From Neodothiora populina (lineage: Eukaryota), in NCBI RefSeq assembly GCF_041146345.1, contig NW_027191404.1, forward strand, positions 434,001 through 498,000: DNA of 64,000 bases, written 5' to 3'. A model generated the notes under the pieces. That model saw only the letters and a list, made by a program, of their open reading frames with translations, did no database searches and was not told the origin of the DNA. Both the position numbers and the translations under genes were made by a program. Below are positions 25,756 to 39,373 of the stretch, piece by piece. Each line of letters opens with the position of its first letter. Within the stretch, counting starts at the first letter, position 1.

Positions 25756-27755
25756 CTAAGCCAGCAGCCTCTCTGCGAGCGGGCTCCAGAGGAAGCTGAC
25801 AGTAGCCACGCAACCACCCACCGCACCTGCAGCTGCCGTCAACGCGAGGCTGACCGTGTCGATACGTGCTTTCTTACTTGGTCTACCTCCTACTTCCGCG
25901 GTCATGGTCTCTCTCGAGCGAATTGTCGACGCTCCCATTGATCCGGAGAGCTGAGTGTCATCTGCAGCTTCTTCGAGGGTAACAAGATCCTTGGCCTGCG
26001 AAGCAGAGTCGTGCCTCATGCTTCGGACATCGGTGGTCCTTTCCGCTTCCAGCTCGTCTTCCTTGGTTCTCTTGCGCTTCTTGCTATCGACTGGAGCAGC
26101 CTCGGATGCTGGGGCTGGGGCCACAGCTGCTGCTTCCCCTGACCACGGAGACCAGTAATATCCGAATGTCGAGGTATGTGCATCGCTTTGGTCGTCCTGT
26201 TCTTTGGACTGCGAGGCCGTCATACTCGACTCATTGCCCAGCTCCGAGAAGGGGACAAAGGTCTCGTCCTCTTCCTGAGCGAACTTACTGACCCACTCGT
26301 TGAGATGGTTGATTGACTCGACGTCAGTGCCACTCTTGTCTTCGGACTTGTCATCTCCGTCGCTGGTGACACCGCCCTCTCTGGCCTGCGTCTTCTCACC
26401 ATCAGCGTGGGTTCCGTCGTACTGCAGGAAACTCGGCACGTGGTCAATCGAAGGCAGCTGCTGCTCATAACGAGTGCTGGTTGAAGCAACGAGACTCGGT
26501 AACTTCAGACTCGCAGGATCAGGCAGTACGCGTCCGGCAGCGAGGAACAATGGTGACTGCGAATACTGCGACAGTGAGGTGTTCTTCCATGGTGGGCAGC
26601 CTGCTGAGTAGAAAGAGCCACCCTTGTTGGCAAAGATGTCCCCAGATGTTCCTGTCGACGCTATATTGCTCTGGATCACCGGAGTCGCCATATGATCCTC
26701 AATTTCTTTGTTGCTTCCACTGCTCTTGTTGCTAAATTCGCCAACTTGTAAACTGTCTGAGACACTTGCCGAATCAACTGATGTGATTGGCTGATCATCA
26801 CTGTCCTCTCCAAGTTTGGTAACGGGCACGTCACTGAAATGTTGAAGAGTGGTCTCATCACGGGAATCGTCCTCTCCCTCGTCATCGTAATCGACCTTAT
26901 CGACCTCGTCGACCTCATCGTCATCTTCGCCGTCTTCGTTCTCAGAGCGGGCATTGCCAATGCTTGGAGTGATTTCGTCATCAGATTGCTTTTCATCTTC
27001 GTCGTCGTCGTCGTCAAGGCAGACTCTATCGGCTTGGTCATCTCCAGATTCAGAGGGCACCTTGAAGGTGTTGTTGCTAATGGTAGGATATTCATCGACG
27101 ACTGGAGCTCTAATGTCAGGGATGTCCTGTTGCTTCTGAGTAAAGCTCGACTCTTCGACCTCATGGCGTTCTTGTATGGCCTCAGCAGTCTCAGCTATCT
27201 TGGTGTAGCTTCTGGGGTATTGCAAAGTCACGCGGACTTTGACCCCATCATGAATAGCTAGAGAAGAAGTCAGAGATGAGACGGATATCTGAGCATGAGG
27301 GGGAACAAGTACAGTGAGAGCGTGAGACAGCATCACCGAATCTAATGACGTCTCCGGTATGGATGATAGCATCGACCCCCGAGACTCTTGCATTGTTGAG
27401 GTAGGTGCCATGCAGAGAGTTGGAGTCCTTGATTCTGACATGGCGCTATATGGGAAGTCAGTTTTATCAGTCAAGTGAAGATGTGGGTGAGTGTCAAGTA
27501 ACGACGAACATGCACATTTGTATTCCACCAAAAGAGAGCATGAGAGCGGGACATGACGGGACAATCAAAGTAGGCGTTGTCGGCTGCTGGTTTCAAGTTC
27601 TTAGATGTGCTCTTGGAGGCACGACCGATGGTCACATCCTCGCCATCCTTGAGGATGATGTTTCGAATGGATTCGGGGAATGCACCACTATCGATGCATT
27701 CGAGGGAGATCTTGACAGATCTGTTGTCCCCGAGACCTACTTGTTGAGACATCAT
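25756..27755 (-). CDS. FHA-domain protein with acidic linker and C-terminal hydrophobic tail; introns 27446-27509, 27258-27312
   Basis: FHA motifs IGRAS, FDCPVMSRSHA, DSNSLHGTYLN and GDVIRFG assembled by splicing; C-terminus LALTAAAGAVGGCVATVSFLW. Confidence 0.82.
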
Positions 27756-28773
27756 GGGCAACTCGATTGGTTTGTGTTGTACTGTTATCAGAAGGAAAAG
27801 GAGATGCAGTGGTGCGGAAGGTGGCGGCGGTGAGGGATTATTGGAGACACTGAGGTGCAGCTCTCGACAGCAGTGGAAGCTGCGAGATCACTCAAAATAC
27901 TACGACAGAGCTGTCGAATAGACTTGACTGGATTCGTGTCAAGTCTTACTTCAAATTTGTCAAAGTGACACGTGAGATTATAAGAGGAGATGTTGCAGCA
28001 GCTTTGGATAAGGCTGGTAAAAGCAGCAGGGGGAGTGAAACTGAGCAGTGCGGACAAGAGGGGTAAATCGGGGCTTGGGAGTTGACGAGGCACCTACGGA
28101 GCTTTCTCAGACAAGTGTGTAGCTGCAGTTATGGATGCTGCATGTGATACATTCTGAGGGCCTAATCACGAGCTAAGAGGTACAGTGGACTTTCTCGTGC
28201 CTTACTGATCAAGAGCAAAAGGTGCCTTGCTCAGCTGCCTCATCTTGACTTGCCTTGTCCAAGAACAAGGCAGTGCATGCACTTCACACATCCTTTTGCC
28301 ATCATTTGTGACTTTCGCCGTATGCAAGCAATTCAAAGAGCTGGCAGCGTAACTCTACTGTCTTTGACTCATCTTGAGTATGGGCAGATAACTAACTCAC
28401 CCCATGCTGATCGATGTCATGACCATTTAGGTACACCACTGCAAGGGGCCATTGCCTTGCGATAAGATAAGACTAAGGTAACAAGCATGAGAGCCGGCGA
28501 TAAGACAGCAGCGGTGAATAGCAGCGGTGATAGCATCGGGGTTAGAGAGCGGGTCCCAGAGAAAGGCTTGGCGTCCCCCACCTTGAAAGTCAGAAAGTTC
28601 CGAGTAGCGGCGGCTGCTTTAGAATTATTGTTCCTTCTACATTTGTGTATGACACGAGCACAATTTGTGCGCTTCGAGAAGACACAACGACGGCCATTCG
28701 CTGCAAATTTCCTGGAAACCGTAAACTGATGCGATAGCACTTCTTGCTTGCATCCTCGCCACTCACGGCCATC

Positions 28774-31700
28774 ATGGAGGACTACACCCAGACTCTGCCT
28801 AAAGAGCAGGTCGTGGATCGACCACCCAAGCGCATCCGCGAGCTTCACTTTGGTGTACTGTGAGTTCGACTCCCTCCAGAGAGTGCAGGAGCGACGGAGC
28901 AACAATGAACATAAAAGGAAGGAAAGAGCAACAAGAAAATAAGAGGAAGGAGGGAAAGTGGCAAATCAATACTGATGCATTCAAAACATACAGGTCCAAT
29001 CAAGACATTGTCAAACAATCCGTCGTCGAAGTCTCCGATCGCAACTTCTATGACCTCGGCACTGCTGGAGGCAAGAAGACCATAACCAACAATGGACCCC
29101 TCGACCCCCATCTGGGAACGTCATCCAAGACTGGAGTCTGCGAGCAGTGCAAGGAGGATTTGAAGAACTGCAACGGTCATTTTGGTCATATCAAGCTCGC
29201 CCTTCCGGCCTATCACTTTGGCTACTTCAAGAAGATCATCGAGATCTTGAACATCATCTGCAAAGACTGCGCACGCGTCCTACTCGACGAAAACACCAGA
29301 CGGAAGTATCTCAAGTCGCTGAGACGTCCGGATCTCGACACTCTGCGCAAAGGCGCCATCTGCAAGAAGATTGTCGATGAAGCGAAAAAGACAAAAGCAT
29401 GTCCCTATTGCGCCTCGCTCAACGGCACCGTCAAGAAGGTCGCTGGTCACCCCCTGAAGATTGTCCACGTCAAGTACCAGACATATCTGGCCTCCAACGC
29501 AAAGTCAAAGGTCAAGCCTGCCTCCATGGTCGCATTCGAGAAGTCTTTCGAGGAAGCAAAGACCGGCGTGGCGGATCTCGAGAAGCACATCAAGCGCGCC
29601 GTCGATGATATGAACCCTCTGAGGGCGCTGAATCTGTTCCGGCGAATATCTTCGACCGATGTCGAGCTACTCGGAATGGATCCGAAACAAGGCCGTCCGG
29701 AGGCTTTCATTTGGCAATTTATTCCTGCTCCACCTGTCGCCATTCGCCCGTCTGTGGCACAGGAGGCAGCCAGTACCGAAGACGATATCACGAACAAGTT
29801 GGGAGATATTGTGCAAATAAATACCCTACTCAAGGGCAGTCTCAGGCAAGGTCAGCCTGTGCAGAAGATTGTCGACATGTGGGAGTTCCTGCAGGTTCAG
29901 ATTGCAATGTATATCGATGGAAACCTTCCCGGGCTCGGCAGAGACTCTGCCTACGGCAAACCACTCCGAGGTTTCTGTCAACGCCTCAAGGGTAAGCAGG
30001 GTCGTTTCAGAGGTAACCTTTCCGGCAAGCGTGTCGATTTCTCTGGACGCACCGTCATTGGTCCCGATCCCAACCTCAGTATCGAAGAGGTCGGTGTACC
30101 CGTCAAGGTCGCCACGAACATGACGTATCCCGAAAAAGTCACCCGTTACAACATTGAGAAACTACGCGGGTGCGTCCGAAGAGGAAAGAAAGTCCACCCT
30201 GGTGCAAATTTCGTCGTCAAGAAAGGAGGTCGGAGAGTCGTCTTGGAAGTGCTCGGTAGGATTGGAAAGCTCGACCAAGCGGCAGATCAGCTAGAAATTG
30301 GTGATGTTGTCGAGCGTCATCTCGAAGATGGTGATATTGCTCTCTTCAACCGTCAGCCCTCTCTCCACAAGCTCAGTATTTTGAGTCACAGGGTCAAGGT
30401 CCGACCGTGGCGAACCTTCCGTCTGAACGAGTGTGTCTGCAATCCTTACAATGCCGATTTTGACGGTGACGAGATGAATCTTCATATCCCCCAAACAGAA
30501 GAAGCACGAACCGAAGCCATCGAGCTGATGGGTGTCAAGAACAACCTGGCAACGCCCAAGAATGGAACACCCTTGATTGCAGCCATCCAAGATTTCATTA
30601 CCGGCGCCTACCTGTCTTCGAGCAAGGACAACTTCTTCGACCGCAAGACCTTCTGTCAGATAGTCGGCTACATGTTCCACGATGATGTTGTCATTGATCC
30701 CGAGACTGGGAAGAAGCTTTCCATCGTGATTCCACCACCAACGGTATGGAAGCCAGAACGTCTATGGACTGGCAAGCAGCTCTGGAACATGTTGTTGCGT
30801 CCCAACCCGGAAATGAATGTGCGAATCAATTTGGAAGCAAAGTGCAAGATGTACAAAGCTCCCTCGGACAAAAAGTACGCGCCAGACATGACCGAGGATG
30901 ACTCGTATCTCGTCATCCGCAATTCCGAGGTCATGTGTGGCTACATGGACAAGGCGACGGTCGGAGACGGCAAGAAAGACTCGGTCTTCTATGTGTTGAT
31001 GCGAGACTTCGGCCCCGATTATGCCGTGCAGGGCATGAATCGTCTTGCTCGTCTCTCTGCTCGCTGGCTAACCAACCAGGGCTTCTCCATCGGCATCAAC
31101 GATGTATACCCCAGTGAGAGGCTCACACGAGAGAAGATGAAGCTGATCACGGACGCCGAGGCTAAGTGCTACGACCTCATTGACCGCTTCCACGCTGGCA
31201 CATTGGAACGCGACCCTGGATGTGACGAAGAAATGACCATGGAAAATCGCATTTCTGGAATCCTTTCCAAAGTGCGACAGGATGCTGGTGACGTTTGTTT
31301 CGCCGAGCTGAGCAGACGCAACGCGCCCCTGACCATGGCACGATGTGGTTCCAAGGGTTCCAACATCAACGTGTCACAAATGGTGGCTGCTGTCGGTCAA
31401 CAGATTATCGGTGGTAAGCGTGTATTGGAAGGCTTCCAAGACCGTACGCTTCCCCACTTCCGCAAGGGTGCCAAAGATGCCTCGGCCAAGGGTTTCGTCG
31501 CCAACAGTTTCTTCACTGGACTCAATCCGACCGAGTTCATTTTCCACGCCATGTCTGGACGTGAAGGTCTGGTCGATACCGCTGTCAAGACCGCCGAAAC
31601 CGGTTACATGTCTCGTCGCCTGATGAAGTCGCTTGAAGATCTTTCGGCACAGTATGACAACACTGTACGTACGTCAGACTCGAGCATCGTGCAATTCCAA

Positions 31701-33413
31701 TACGGAGACGACAAGCTCGATCCCGTTGATATGGAAGGTAATGCCAAGCCTGTCAACTTTGACCGTACCTTCAACCATGCCGTCACCACGACATGGGACA
31801 ACGAAGAGCGCGGACTCCGACCTGTCGAGATCATGCATATCGTCTCACAGACACTTGACCCTGAACGCGCCAAACTAGTACGATACTCGCTCCTGGGCGA
31901 AAGGTTGGACTACAAGGACCGCAGTGATGTCGGTATTGACCAGCACGAGAGTGCTCGTGACTTCCTTGACACGATACAACACTATCTTCAGATCAAGTGT
32001 GATAAGCTTGCGGCTATTCGTACTAAGGTTGGAATGGATCCCGGCACAGAGGACTCGCAGCAGAGTGACTACGAGTCTGCCGATAAAGGTGAGTGTCCCA
32101 TTGAACTACATTATGGGTCCGTCGCTAACGAAATCACAGTGGAAGAACGATCTATTGCGGACGGTGTGCTCAAGGTATCTGCAACGGCTCTCAAAGACTT
32201 CCTCACCCAATGCTTGACCAAATACGAGAAATCAAAGGTTCAACCTGGTCACGCAGTGGGAGCTGTAGGAGCGCAGTCTATCGGAGAACCGGGTACTCAA
32301 ATGACCCTCAAGACTTTCCATTTTGCTGGTGTCGCCGGTATGAGTATCACCCAGGGTGTGCCACGTATCAAGGAGATCATCAACGCCTCCAAGGTCATCT
32401 CTACTCCTGTCATTCATTGCGCACTCGACAGTAAATACGAAACGGTGGCCGGACGTGTCGCCAAGGCGATGATCGAAAAGACATATCTCCGAGATATTAC
32501 TTACTACGTTGAAGACGTATGGTCGACGACATCTTCTTATCTGAGCATGTCTATCAACTGGGATACCATTCTCAAGTTGGGACTGCAGCTCTCGCTGGTC
32601 GATATCGCCTACGCCATGTCGAGATCTAAGTTGATCAAATCAATGGGAGGCAGAGTATCGACGTCGGGCAACAGTCACATTCGCGTCAGTGTCGACCACG
32701 GCTTCGTCGCAGAAGCAGCGGCCAAAGCACGCTCAGCCAAGTCAGCGATGAGCAAGCGCAGACCGACGGAGATTTTCACAATCGTGCAAGATCTCAAGCG
32801 AAATCTGCCCAACATTGTCGTCAAGGGTTATCCAGACTGCGCACGAGCTATTGTCAAGAAGGATGACAAGCCCGACTCGACCGGGCGCGAACCCGTCAGT
32901 GTGCTTGTCGAGGGTTACGGTCTCAAGGCGTGCATGACCACCGAAGGTATCGACGGAGTCAAGACGACGACCAACAACGTCATGGAGTGCAGAGACGTGC
33001 TCGGCATCGAAGCCGCACGTATGACCATCGTCAAAGAAATCAGCAGCGTCATGGGCGGCATGGACATCGATCCTCGTCACATGCAGCTGCTGGCGGACGT
33101 CATGACCTACAAGGGTGACGTGCTGGGCATTACACGTTTCGGTCTGGCCAAGATGAGAGACAGCGTCCTGCAACTGGCCAGTTTCGAAAAGACTCCCGAT
33201 CATCTGTTCAATGCGGCCATGGCGATGAAGAAGGATCGCATCGAGGGTGTCAGTGAGTGCATCATCATGGGCCAGAGCATGAGCGTTGGTACCGGCGCGA
33301 TGAAGGTGGTCAGGACGCTAGGTATCACGGAAGAGGAATGCAGACGCAAGAGGAGTGCTTTCGAGGAGGCATTCAAGAACGTCAGGCCTGTGCAGGTGGC
33401 GACGGCCGCTTGA
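28774..33413 (+). CDS. RPC1: RNA polymerase III largest subunit; introns 28860-28993 and 32089-32139 (in-frame)
   Basis: NADFDGD active site, RGNLSGKRVDFSGRTVI, CNGHFGH, TQMTLKTFHFAG and LASFEKT; no CTD heptads. Confidence 0.97.
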
Positions 33414-34031
33414 GCATGGAAAGGAGTAGGAGAAAGCGCTGGAGACGGAAGAGAGAATGAATGCATTGCGAACGGTGTTGTTTGGCGCGAGGGCAAAAGG
33501 ATTGGTCTAATGTTTTCTTATTAGTTGTAACATGATAAAAAGCGACAATGACCCTTTCCCATGTAACAGTAAATACCAATATACCACGTCTACCACACAG
33601 AGTGTCGCTCCAATATAAGTGTGTGTTGTGTTTAATGTGGATTGAGTATTGCTGTTTCGAGGCTGGAATCCAAAGAGCTGAGTCAAGTGCTGGACTCAGC
33701 CCTCTACGCCTTCCTTTGCAGCTGAAAGCAGTTGGCGGTCAGATGCACACATGATGTCAAGTCTACTTTTCTTTACAGAAGATAGCGAGCACATTCATAG
33801 ATTTATTATATAGAGACCAATAGCTCATAAAAAAGATTCAAAAAAAAATCAATGGTACAGTAGACGTCAGTCAGTACAGTAAGTACAATGCCAAGGCCGC
33901 CCCGACCTTGATGTGTCCCAGCCATTCTGCAACCAGAAATTATTTCTGCGAATTAGTCCCCCAAGAAAAAAGTTCAAGAACAAAACAAATATCTTCGGGT
34001 CTCATCACACAACTCCGTAACCACAGCAGAA

Positions 34032-35492
34032 ATGGGTAGTAAAAGCAAGACCACGAAGAGCAGCAAGAAGCAGCGCGAGGCTAGTCCCGCGTCCGAGGCC
34101 GAAGACGTGAAGATGCAAGAACCGACGACAACGACAGCGGATTCATCTCCATCTGCATCGCCCGAACCCAGCAAGAAACGCAAGCGGTCGTCAAAGACAG
34201 CGACCGATGCAGAGGAGATTGAAATCGACGTGACGCTTCCGGAACCACTCTCCAAAGCCGAAGCACGAAAGGCGAAAAAGGCAAAGACCAAGCCCGCCAA
34301 AGAAGGAACCACAGATGGAGAAGGAGCGACCGACGCATCAGAAAAGCCCGGCGAAGGCAAGGGCCGAGTCAAGACGTACGGCATCTGGATCGGAAACCTG
34401 CCCTTCACGGCCGACAAGACGGTCGTGCGGGTCTTCTTCACGCGCCAGGGCCAGATCCCCGACGCAGACATCACGCGCGTGCACATGCCCACGCCTCAGC
34501 ACGCGCAGCAGCCGGGCAGAGTCAAGCCGAACAACAAGGGCTTCGCGTACATTGATTTCGCCAACGAGGAGAGTCTGAGCAAAGCCCTCGCGCTGTCCGA
34601 GAGTCTGATGACCGGGCGCAAAGTGTTGATCAAGGACGCCAACAGCTACGAAGGAAGACCGACGCAGACGACGCCTGGGCCGACGGCGGCTGCGCTGAGC
34701 GGCACTGCTGTCGAAGACGCTGCTGCTGCAGGAACGGCAGCGACAGCGGCGGATGGCGCGAAACCTGGCAAGCCTGTCATGGCGCCCAGCAAGCGCGTCT
34801 TCGTCGGTAACCTCGGCTTCGACGTGACAAAGGAAGATCTAGAGTATCACTTCGGCCAAGCCGGCGAGATCGAGGACATCCACATGGCCACGTTTCAAGA
34901 CACAGGCAAATGCAAGGGGTTCGCATGGGTGAGGTTCGTCGAGCTCGAGGCAGCCCAGGGCGCCGTCCAGGGCTACATCTTCAAAGAAGAGCCCGCCAGC
35001 GACGACGAGGACGAAGACGAAGCCGAAGCAGAAAAAGCAGAGGCCAGCGACTCTTCCTCCTCTGACTCCGACTCGGACTCCGACGAAGAAAAACCAGCAA
35101 AGAAACCCACCAAGAAAACCAAAAAGCCCAAGAAGAGAAAATGGTTCATCAACCGCCTTCAAGGCCGGCCCCTACGCTGCGAATTCGCCGAAGACGCCTC
35201 GACGCGCTACAAGAAGCGCTTCGGCAAGGGCGGCAGCAAGAACCCTTTTTCCGGTGACGACAACAACAACAACAGCAACGGTGGCGAAGACGCTGCTGCG
35301 ATCACTGAAGTCGGTGCAGAGAGCAAACCGCGCACAGGCAGAGGTAAAGGTACCGCAGACGAGAGACAGGCGGCGCGCAGACAGAAGCACATCGATGCGC
35401 GACTCATCAGGCCTGGTGCTGCGCTCGCTAATGCGCCTAGAGCGTCGGGTGGTATTGTCAAGTCGGAGGGCAAGAAGATTACTTTTGAGTAG
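34032..35492 (+). CDS. NOP13: Nucleolar two-RRM protein (Nop13/Rnp24-like)
   Basis: GIWIGNLPF/NKGFAYIDF and VFVGNLGF/CKGFAWVRF RRMs; EIEIDVTLPEPLSK; C-terminal PGAALANAPR...GKKITFE. Confidence 0.85.
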   Translation: MGSKSKTTKSSKKQREASPASEAEDVKMQEPTTTTADSSPSASPEPSKKRKRSSKTATDAEEIEIDVTLPEPLSKAEARKAKKAKTKPAKEGTTDGEGATDASEKPGEGKGRVKTYGIWIGNLPFTADKTVVRVFFTRQGQIPDADITRVHMPTPQHAQQPGRVKPNNKGFAYIDFANEESLSKALALSESLMTGRKVLIKDANSYEGRPTQTTPGPTAAALSGTAVEDAAAAGTAATAADGAKPGKPVMAPSKRVFVGNLGFDVTKEDLEYHFGQAGEIEDIHMATFQDTGKCKGFAWVRFVELEAAQGAVQGYIFKEEPASDDEDEDEAEAEKAEASDSSSSDSDSDSDEEKPAKKPTKKTKKPKKRKWFINRLQGRPLRCEFAEDASTRYKKRFGKGGSKNPFSGDDNNNNSNGGEDAAAITEVGAESKPRTGRGKGTADERQAARRQKHIDARLIRPGAALANAPRASGGIVKSEGKKITFE

Positions 35493-36098
35493 TAAAGCAG
35501 GCTTCTTTCTTCTTTTCACAATCCTCCTTCTTCCTTGGGGTTGGTTGTCTTTGTTGAGCCTTCTTTTGTGTATTCAATGGGTGGTGAGCTGTCAGATGGG
35601 TTACAAAAACATATATATGGTCAAAGAATCCACTCCGATGGCTGTTTTGTCAGCAGCGTGTATATTTTTATCTATTCTATCAAGACATCGCAATTGATGC
35701 GTGTATATGATGCAGCAGCGCTGGTGCCTTGCCTTGGAGATACGCTCTAACTTGTTTTGGGTCTTCGTTGTTTCTCTCACTACGTCCAGGGCCGTTCAGA
35801 CCACGCAAAATTGTTAATTTTACTACGGTATTGCGAACACCCCTGTTCTGCATCATCATTCTCTAGAGGATGGTAGTTTCTCAGCCCTCGTGCCTCTTGA
35901 TTCTCGTCGATTCAGTCTAGTCTAGGTGTCTACGTGGTCCAGTCTATGCTGCACAACTTCTCTCTTTCAACATGGGCCAAGATATTCTCTCGTCATCATG
36001 TATCTCTAAAGCCCGGCAGTCCCGTTCCCAGGCTCAACCACCACTTCCGCTCACTCGCTCACTCTTCATAATCATCATAAAAGCAAATCATCAGTCGG

Positions 36099-37341
36099 TC
36101 AATAAGGCATCAACCCGACCAACTTCATGCCCTTCTCTCCCAGAACCGGCTTCTCCACAGGCTCGCTCCTGTTCCTGGGATCCTCGACCTGGCTCTCCTG
36201 CAACACGACCTTGCCGTCCCGTCCGATGATGTTTCTGTTCGCCCAATGCGTCGTCGCCTGCCACTTCTCGAAACACTGCTTTCGCGCCTCGATCGTGGCT
36301 GCGTCGGCCGCTGCCGCTGGCGCATAAGACACGTAGACGACGGTCCTGACGACGTCGCTTTTCTCTGGCTCGGGCTCCGCGCCCCAGTGGATTGTGCGCG
36401 AGTCCCAGATGATCAAGTCGCCCGGGTCGGCGCATAACTTGACGGGCTTGACGTCACGCTCTGCGAACCATTCAAGTTCGGACTCGGTGAATAGATACAG
36501 GTCTCTTTGTGACCAGTTGGCTTTGTCGGTTTGCGTCTCGAAGAACTCGGACACGAGTTTGTGAGAGCCCGGGAAGACAACTAGACCGCCATCGTGGGGT
36601 CCTGCGGTGTTGAGGTTCACGAGTCCTTGAGCGCAGATCAGACCGCTGCGGAAGGGGGATTGGTCCACGTGTGGCCAGGCGCTGTTGACGGGTTTGTCTC
36701 TGCGATTGGGGAGGGTGACGTTTAGAGCGTCGAAAGAGACGAGAAGCTCGGGGGTTTGCCAGAGGGTGGCGAATGGAGCGATGATGCTTGGTTCGAGACG
36801 GAGGTCCCAGACGAAGCGTTCGTGGGGGATGCAGTATGAAGAGAATGTATTGATTTTGGATTGGAAGGGGAGGTTATTTGCGGTCCAGGTTTCTGGCTCG
36901 GAGATCTTGAAGGCTGGAGGAGCAGCGCTTGGAGACGATGATGAAGCATTCGAGAGAGAGGGAAAGTTCTCGAGGTGGGACCAGGTACGTGATCGGTATT
37001 CTTCCGCCTGTTCGGGAGTTATGGCCGATTTGATGATTGCGTAGCCTTGGGTGTGGAAGTCATGGAGCCAGTCCGCGGTTTGTCCCTCGCCGTCTGTGGC
37101 TTTTGGTGTCCCATCAACGTTGCCTCCAATCTTCAGATCGGTAGGAACGATACTGTGCGATACGTGAGTGAGCTTGCGTCCACGTGACAGTTTTCCAATT
37201 TTGCTCCTCCCATAGTATAATACAAATTGCTAAGCGCCCTCGATATAGTACTCGACAAGACAGAGGGCGAGAAGGGAGAATAACGTACCTAGTCAATCGA
37301 GGTGCCTGAACCTCCACAGTACTCGTAACAGTCGCAGACAT
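36099..37341 (-). CDS. Phytanoyl-CoA dioxygenase (PhyH)-family Fe/2OG oxygenase; intron 37153-37288
   Basis: QGYAIIK, WPHVDQSP (HxD), DGGLVVFPGSH, GDLIIWDSRTIH. Confidence 0.88.
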
Positions 37342-39373
37342 GATTTCTCGATTGTTGTCTTGCTTGAGCAAAGAACAGCAACAATTCTTACTTCCTCGGT
37401 CACTTCTTTGGTCCTTGTCGGCAACTGGTGCTTGACGTTTGAACTGTTCAACGAATAGTTCAAATCCTTCAAGAACAAATATAGATTAGTACAGCTCAAT
37501 GAGACACAATTTTCTCTCTTCGCAACTGTGCGAAATAGATATATGTATGAATATGTATCCTCCTCGTGCTTTCCTAAAGAGAAACCATCAGAAACCTACA
37601 GGGCAACACTCACCTTTTACCAGGGTACAAGTACCTCGTTCCGGCAACGGGCTACCTCGTGCCAAAAACAATTCACCGATATGACCAGATTGATCACCGG
37701 CGTAGGTCCGTTGAGAAGAGAGAAGAAAAGATCGGATCAGCGGGTATCGATAGTCGTGCTAGTGTGTACAGTAAACGGTGTGGTGGGCTTGTATACTGCT
37801 TTACTCCACTCCGCCGTACTGTACTGTGATTTCTACTGTATGTATGTGAACCACGAAAAGCAAGAAGCTCGCAAGGGTAGAGGGAAGGTATCGGAATGGC
37901 TGTAAACAGTCAAAGACGAGGGGTTCGAGGCCGAGATCTTATCTAGGTCCAAGTACCTGTTGGAGCAACAGTGGCGATTTATTATATCTTGTCATCTCAG
38001 AGGCGGGGGTTTTCTCAATTACCCTCTTGCTTCACTTGGCTCAAGACTTCTGCATTTCCGAATCGCTTGCTTGCTTTCTCGCGTCATTTGGTGGCCGAAC
38101 AACGCAATTCCTATCTCTCGCCTATCATATGCCCATCATAGGTGGAGCAGGGTGGGGTGGGAGCACAGAGAGAGGGAAGGCACACTTTCAGACTTTCCGC
38201 CGTCCCTGCAGTCGGCGGCGGACCGAACCCTTGGCCGGGACGACAGCCGTTGGCGAAATGGTCTTGTACAGTACAAGTACAAATACACGCTTATATCGCC
38301 TGGTTGCAATCGCTTCGATCTGCCATACCACTTGCTAGCAGGCGTTTCTTCGTCTTATCACACTAGCTAAGACCTGTAGCCATTTTCTTGGAGGAGCAAT
38401 ATTCAAGGTAGGCAGAGTATAGATGTCAGGCAAGGTCACGCGGTGATACTGTTAGAGGCCAAGGCATCTTCTTCACGGCATCTGGATCGTCGGTGAAACC
38501 TGTGGAGAAAGGACGACGCACAAGCAGGTACGTACAGTACTCCCCGTTGTTTTACGACTCGTACTCGTATTCTACCTCCAAGAAACAAAACCCCCTCCTT
38601 GTGTAGGTTGAACCCTCGATGTAAGACATCGACCGATAAGTATAACACATTGCAGCTATCTGGCTTTCAATCTCGGAAAGGAACCGGATGAAGAGTGGAG
38701 TAGACAGGTATGGAGATACGATGCTTTTGGTCAATGAGTGGAGCTCTTCTACAATATTAGTACAGCATGGGGGAGGGCGTTCTGTTAGGGCTATACCCGA
38801 CTATACAGCAGTAAAGCAGGCGAGACCACAGTATAAAACACTACTCGGAGAAACAAACAGCGTCCCCGGCGACCGAATGCATGTTTGAAGACTTCACTGA
38901 AAGTCACTTGGTTCCCTGGTAATAATAACAAGCAGAACATATTTTTCGCATTCGATTTCTATCTAAGGGTGAACGGTTGAAAAGAAAAGAAAAAGAAAAA
39001 GTAAGAGATGAAATTGCTGCGTTGTTAGCCGGGCTCCGGAGAATAGGTAGGTACAGTACAAAGATGAGGTGAACGAAAGTAGCGACACCCGTGTTGTGGT
39101 GTTGAGTTGCGGAGGTGCCCAGGAAAGTAAGTCCCGATGCTTAAACGTCCTTCGGACAGCTTTCTTACGCAGGAAGAACATCCTTGTTGTTTGCAAAGGG
39201 GTTGCGATGGATTACCCTACTCTCTTACAACGTTTCTTCTGAGCGAAATTCTACAATTGCCTTGTGGGAGATAATAAATCAATAAATAGTTATCTATGCT
39301 GGGTTCTTCACTTCCGTAGTGCATCTGTGTCACTACTTGGCATCACCTGTTATCTGATGGAACTTAAAAGGTC

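Noticed and set aside
37915..37940. GGTTCGA T-loop-like motif as a tRNA (also near 17203 and 52117)
   Set aside because: No cloverleaf or A box could be built
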